Shown piece by piece: positions 7,073 to 12,198 of a stretch of DNA of 12,198 nucleotides. Made by a program: the position numbers and the translations under genes. The notes under the pieces were generated by a model. The model was not told the DNA's origin. It ran no database searches and saw only the letters and a program-made list of their open reading frames with translations. The DNA comes from Octopus sinensis (lineage: Eukaryota). Each line of letters begins with the position of its first letter. Positions within the stretch are counted from its first letter, which is position 1. The stretch spans positions 1 to 12,198 of the forward strand of contig NW_021826677.1 in the NCBI RefSeq assembly GCF_006345805.1. The letters run 5' to 3'.

Positions 7073-8001
7073 CATACATATATATATAGAGAGAGAGATT
7101 GATAGATAGATACATAGATAGATAGATAGACATGAGTTAGTGTGTGCTAAAATATTGGTTCGTTTTTTGTTAAGTAAATAGCATTGTATTTCTGTGATAC
7201 AAAATTTGTCCACCCATCCTTTGCTTAACAACCACTTGAGTTTACAGGCAAACACATCACGTCTGTGTTTGTGTGTCTGCATGTGTGTGTGTGTGGTGTG
7301 TGTGTGTGTGTGTGTGTCTGTGTCTGTGTGTGTGTGTGTGTCTGTGTGTTTCTAATACTCAGTGCAGATGGCATCCGTTTGATAGCAGTTTCGCATTTTG
7401 TTTTTCCCTCTTAAGTGCTGACATTCCAAATTTGACCAACTGGTTGATGCTGATAACTATTCCATCGACAAATTCTGGCCATCTGAAGTGTTTTGTTTTT
7501 CTAAACAAATGTTTTCAAGTATTTTTATATTTTTCAGTCTAAAATTGAATACATCCACCCCACCCCCGTCACTACCATTATATTTGTAGTCACTATCATC
7601 AACATCATCGTGTCATTACATGAATTATTAATTAATATTAATATTGTCCGTTCATTAAAGATTTTCCAGTATTATGCAAATTTTATTCTAGTTAATATAT
7701 ATTTCAACTGTTAAAAGGCAAATTTACAGCAGTTACAACGTTGTGAGAATTCTCCCTTCACCTAAAAGTATATAAAAACGCCATTTCTGTCCAGTGCCAG
7801 GATCACAGACGTTGATGTTTCTAGCACTTTCGTTGTTGAGATGGAAGCACTGGACACATATGTTGTTTTAATACCTTTTCACCTTGTCGATCAACGGTGG
7901 ATATATATCAGAAACATATTTCAACTAACCTAGATACAATATATATATATATATATATATGTGGTGTGTGTGTGTGTGTGTAATATATATGTGTATGTAT
8001 T

Positions 8002-8097
<96 letters not shown>

Positions 8098-8102
8098 ATA
8101 CG

Positions 8103-8284
8103 TTTTCGTGCTAGGGAAAGTGCCACTGAAGCTATATTCCTGGTAAGGCAGCTGCAGGAGAAACACCTACAAAAGATAAGCCCCTGTGCCTGGCTTTTGT
8201 TGACATGGAGAAAGCTTTCGACAGGGTCCCCCGATCCCTTATCTGGAGGTCAATGAGGACACTAAGGATAGATGACTAGTTAGT
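8103..8284 (+). mobile_element. Duplicate of the RTE-like LINE RT fragment
   Basis: One substitution against 2839-3020 (tggtgg to tggagg). Same frameshift and same stop. Confidence 0.92.
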
Positions 8285-9206
8285 CGGGACTTGTCGATCA
8301 ATATTTTGTGTTTTTGTGTTTCATTTACTTTGCTAGGTAGTCGTTGTAGGATCGACTTGTCACGAATAGCTAGCGCGGATGCGCGAGTAAACGAGTGCGC
8401 GCCCCAGGACCACTCTTCTTAAATAAATGGTATCCAGATTCCACAGCGGAGAAATCCACCCTTGTTAAAACATATACACAAAACCCTACCATTTCAGGCT
8501 AATTGAACAGAGACCCTACTCTGTGTTACCTCCATCTCTGTCCCCAACAAAGCGGCCACGCCCTTGTAAGTTTCATAACGAAAAACAAAAACATTAATTT
8601 CCTGATCTCATAATTTGGATCACGCACATCTACGATAATTAATATCGTATTATTAATTTATAGACACACAGACAGAGTTTAAGATGAAAGGATGTTCATT
8701 CAAGCGTTAAATGGTCCCAAATTAAATTAAATGCCTTACCTCAGTTTAGTTTTAAACGGTAGCAACGTATCCGGGGTTCCAATTAATTTCAAATTTTCTT
8801 TTGCCGGATTTAATTTCGATAGCAAGAAAGCGGAGATAACTCTCGAAATATAGGCGGGGTTGGGGTATGTGTTAAATAGCTTACGTACCAAGCACATGGT
8901 TACGTGTTCAGTCCCACTGCGTGGCACCTTGGGAGAGTGACTTCTACTATAGCCTCGGCCGACCAAAGCCTTGTGGGTGGATGAGGTAGACGGAAACTGA
9001 AGGAAGAACCGTCGTAAATATGTACATGTTTGGCCAGAGAAAACACTTGCCCAAGCTGCCACACAGTGGGACTGATCTCGGAACCAGGTGGTTGGTAAGT
9101 AAGCTACTTACAACTCAGCCACTCCAACGCCTAGAGTCTCAAAGATTGAAAATTATTTTAGTATTCTCTATCTTATCTTTTCCATACACGCCCCCATACA
9201 TACATA

Positions 9207-9244
<38 letters not shown>

Positions 9245-9525
9245 CTTTTAGCTGATGGCAGAGATTTATTGTACAGATTAAATTAAAGTATATGAAGAGG
9301 ACAGGGTTTATATTTTCTATTTCAGGAAAAATTGATTCACAAATTTTGAACTTCCTTGAAATATAAAAATCCAAAACATTTTCTTTCTTTCAAATTTATC
9401 AACTATTTTTGAGATTCTTTAAAAACATATAAACATTCTCTTCTTGTAAACATACTTGAAATCCTGGACACAATTTTTATTGTTTATAAAATGATTTGAG
9501 AAAACCAGTATATATGTTCGTGTTC

Positions 9526-9782
9526 ATGTATGTATGTATGTATGTTCGTATGTATGTATGTATGAATGTATGTTTGTAAGTATATATGTATGTTCATGTA
9601 TGTATGTATGTATGTGTTCGTATGTATGAATGTATGTATGTATGTATGTATGTATGTATATATGTATGTATGTATATATGTGTGTATGTATGTATGTATT
9701 TATGTATGTATCTATGTGTGTTTGTATGTATGTATGTATGTATGTTTGTATGTATGTATGTATGTATGTATATGTATGTATG

Positions 9783-9815
<33 letters not shown>

Positions 9816-9935
9816 TATTATGTATGTATGTTTGTATGTATGTATGTATGTATGTATGTATGTATGTCTATCTCTCTGTATGTATGTATGTATGTATGCA
9901 TGTATGTATGTTTGTATGTATGTATGTATGTATGT
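9526..9935. repeat. Copy B (TATG)n array, about 50 bp longer than in A
   Basis: Same flanks as 4293-4652 (gttcgtgttc ... gaagtatataaaa) with a different internal variant order. Confidence 0.98.
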
Positions 9936-11525
9936 GAAGTATATAAAAATTTATATAATAAGCAAACTATAAACATATACAATAATAAAAATTAGTGTGT
10001 AAAATCAGATATACAGTAAATATATAATTACACATTTATTGGATGGGTGTTGATACTCAAGAAGTCCTCCGCCCTTTAGCGGATTTTGTTTTTCATCCCT
10101 TAGGGAGTTCAGTAAAAACCCTCCTCACCAAGCAAGCTTTGTGTACGTATGTATGTATGTATAGAAAATCCATCATTGAAGCATGCTGTAAATGTGTTAG
10201 TACCCGATAAACCTGCTACATTTCCGAATATAGTATTTCCACAAATAGATACACTTAAAATATGCGCCAGACTTAGAGAGAAATAGTGGGGTTCATATGA
10301 TCGATCAAATATACCAATTTAATGCTCCTGGATGGCCACGCCTCAATGATTAAAACATCTAACTCACATATTATATAGCTTGAAATCTCTCCACTGCCAC
10401 CACCATTTAGTCTGTTAATTTATATCCATCTACAAACGTCACACTCACCCTTCAATTATTATTCATGTCTTTCTTTCTTTCTCATCTACAATCTACACTT
10501 TTACATAATTATTTCCATTTCTCTTCAATTCACTGGACAATTTCACAGAATTCATCAATAATATTTCGAAATTTAACAAATTATGATAGATTATTTTTCT
10601 CAAATACAATACTTAAATGTAATCTATAAATATAATCTTCTTAAACTTAATTGTATGTTTAACTTAAGTTAATTCTTATCCAGTAACACTAAGACCAAAG
10701 GCGTTCTAACCATGACCTTCCCATATTCTTTTTTATCTAATATGTTAACCTCACGCTACATTTCAGACACTCCATTCTTGATTCATATTACTGTTTATAA
10801 TTATTCACATTATAAAATTGAAATAAAATCATTAAAAAAATTTCATTGATTGAAAGACCAAGAAGATAAAATTAGTAGAGTTGTTATTGGTATTAATGTA
10901 ACTCTTTGTATTCTGGGTTCAAATCCTGCTAAGGTCAAATTTGATTTTTATTATGAACGTGTTTTAAAAAAAAATATCAGTCTGAAGTGGTGGTGTTCTG
11001 GAATTAGATATTGGACGCGAGGCCTTAAAGTATTTAATGTAGTCCTATATTTTGTGAGTTGAAATCACTATATTAACATAGACCTATATTTTATAAGTTG
11101 AAATGCGTGGATAGTAAAATTCTCGCTTACTAAGCTTTGAAAAAAAGAAGTTATCAAAAAACAATATTCTAAATTTCACTCGAGATTTAGAAATCCAATG
11201 TTAACTACCTAAAATATTGTATCATTAGATGAACATTTGTGTTAAACAAATATATATCAAAAGAAAATTAATTACCAAATTCGAAGATTATGTCCTGGTT
11301 CGAGTTGAAGTCTTTCTCAGAAAATCTCAGCGTCCGCTTTGTTCAAACGACGATGAAAATGTGACACTGCCAACAGTTAAAAGGAAACTTCTAATGAAAC
11401 AGGATGTAGTAGGCACGACCTCCTCATGTATATGTGTCTGTATGTGTCTATATATTTCATTTACGGGATTATTATATATCTGGAAAGGCATTATTACCCT
11501 CTCATCTCATTCATCATCTCACCTT

Positions 11526-11960
11526 GTATTCTCCCATTTAGAGGTGCCATAATCAACTGCATTTTATATTTCATTTATATTTAGGGGAACAGGACAATCG
11601 AAGGAGACTTTTGGTATCGCTAAGCCTAACAGAAATAGCAGTTGACAAATATGCCAGGAAAAGATCGTTTGGAATTCGTATTAAAGATTTAGGACGAGAA
11701 ATAGGGAAAGGGTTAGAATATAAGTTGTAGCTATGGGTATTCTCACATTTACAGGTTCCATAATCAACTGCATTTGAAACATATTTTAATAAAGTTTAGG
11801 GGAACAGGACAACGAAGGGACATTTGATATGGCTAACCTAAAGAAACAGCATTGACAAATGTATCAGAAAAAATTCTTTTATTAGGGATTTAGAACGAGA
11901 GAAGGGTTAAAAGAGAGCCCAAGCGTTTGAGTTTTTAGGTTAGGGTTTAAGTTGTAGGTA
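11526..11960 (+). repeat. Diverged two-copy tandem repeat with a ~211 bp period
   Basis: Paired anchors: gtattctc at 11526/11737; ccataatcaactgcattt at 11547/11758; tttaggggaacaggacaa at 11580/11795; taagttgtag at 11721/11948. Confidence 0.92.
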
Positions 11961-12018
11961 TTGGTTAGGTTTAAGGGTTACGGTATACAGGTTTAGTTTA
12001 GAAATGCGCGGGGAAACT

Positions 12019-12048
12019 GAGAGAGAGAGAGAGAGAGAAGAGAGAGAC
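12019..12048. repeat. (AG)n microsatellite
   Basis: Read directly. Confidence 0.93.
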
Positions 12049-12198
12049 AGTGTGCATATGAAAAAAAATTAGGTTTTTTCTAAAAATAAAAAATAAAGTA
12101 ATTTTGTAATATCCAATGAGTAAAATGTAGAATTGTGAAACGAATTGTGTGAATAAGAAGATACAGCTTTTCTTCAACCCCCACCCACATATATATAT

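Larger units (their letters stand above)
6496..11455 (+). repeat. Copy B of the ~5.2 kb direct tandem segmental duplication
   Basis: Same anchors as copy A. Homology ends at tatgtgtctatatat (~11455). B lacks A 5955-6159 and about 17 bp near A 2091-2107. Confidence 0.97.

Noticed and set aside
11934-11990. Interstitial telomere array
   Set aside because: There is only one perfect TTAGGG and no tandem periodicity.
1-12198. CRISPR array or other prokaryotic system
   Set aside because: There is no regularly spaced repeat-spacer structure and no gene-dense architecture. All repeats are microsatellites, SINEs or segmental copies.

Overview
Eukaryotic, AT-rich, microsatellite-dense DNA with no intact protein-coding gene, rRNA, tRNA or CRISPR array that I can support. 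The SINE sequences match, from memory, the abundant tRNA-derived SINEs of octopus genomes, so the source is probably a coleoid cephalopod (inference, no database search). Most of the window is a direct tandem duplication of a ~5.2 kb unit: copy A ~1276-6380, copy B ~6496-11455. Each copy holds a frameshifted RTE-type LINE reverse-transcriptase fragment, a CpG-rich island with a stem-loop and a GC-box, an inverted pair of SINE heads, a ~360-410 bp (TATG)n array, an old SINE relic and a 97 bp near-invariant block. Three patterns stand out. (1) Relics of one short repeat family sit at the start of A, at the A/B junction and twice after B, which suggests how the duplication arose. (2) A/B identity is very uneven, near 100% in the centre and roughly 85-90% at the flanks. 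(3) Copy B alone carries a 71 bp-arm fold-back inversion. Several splice and promoter signals hint at a duplicated transcription unit, but that is unproven. Nearly all ORFs in the supplied track are translations of microsatellites or SINEs. I found no convincing evidence of a new biological system.
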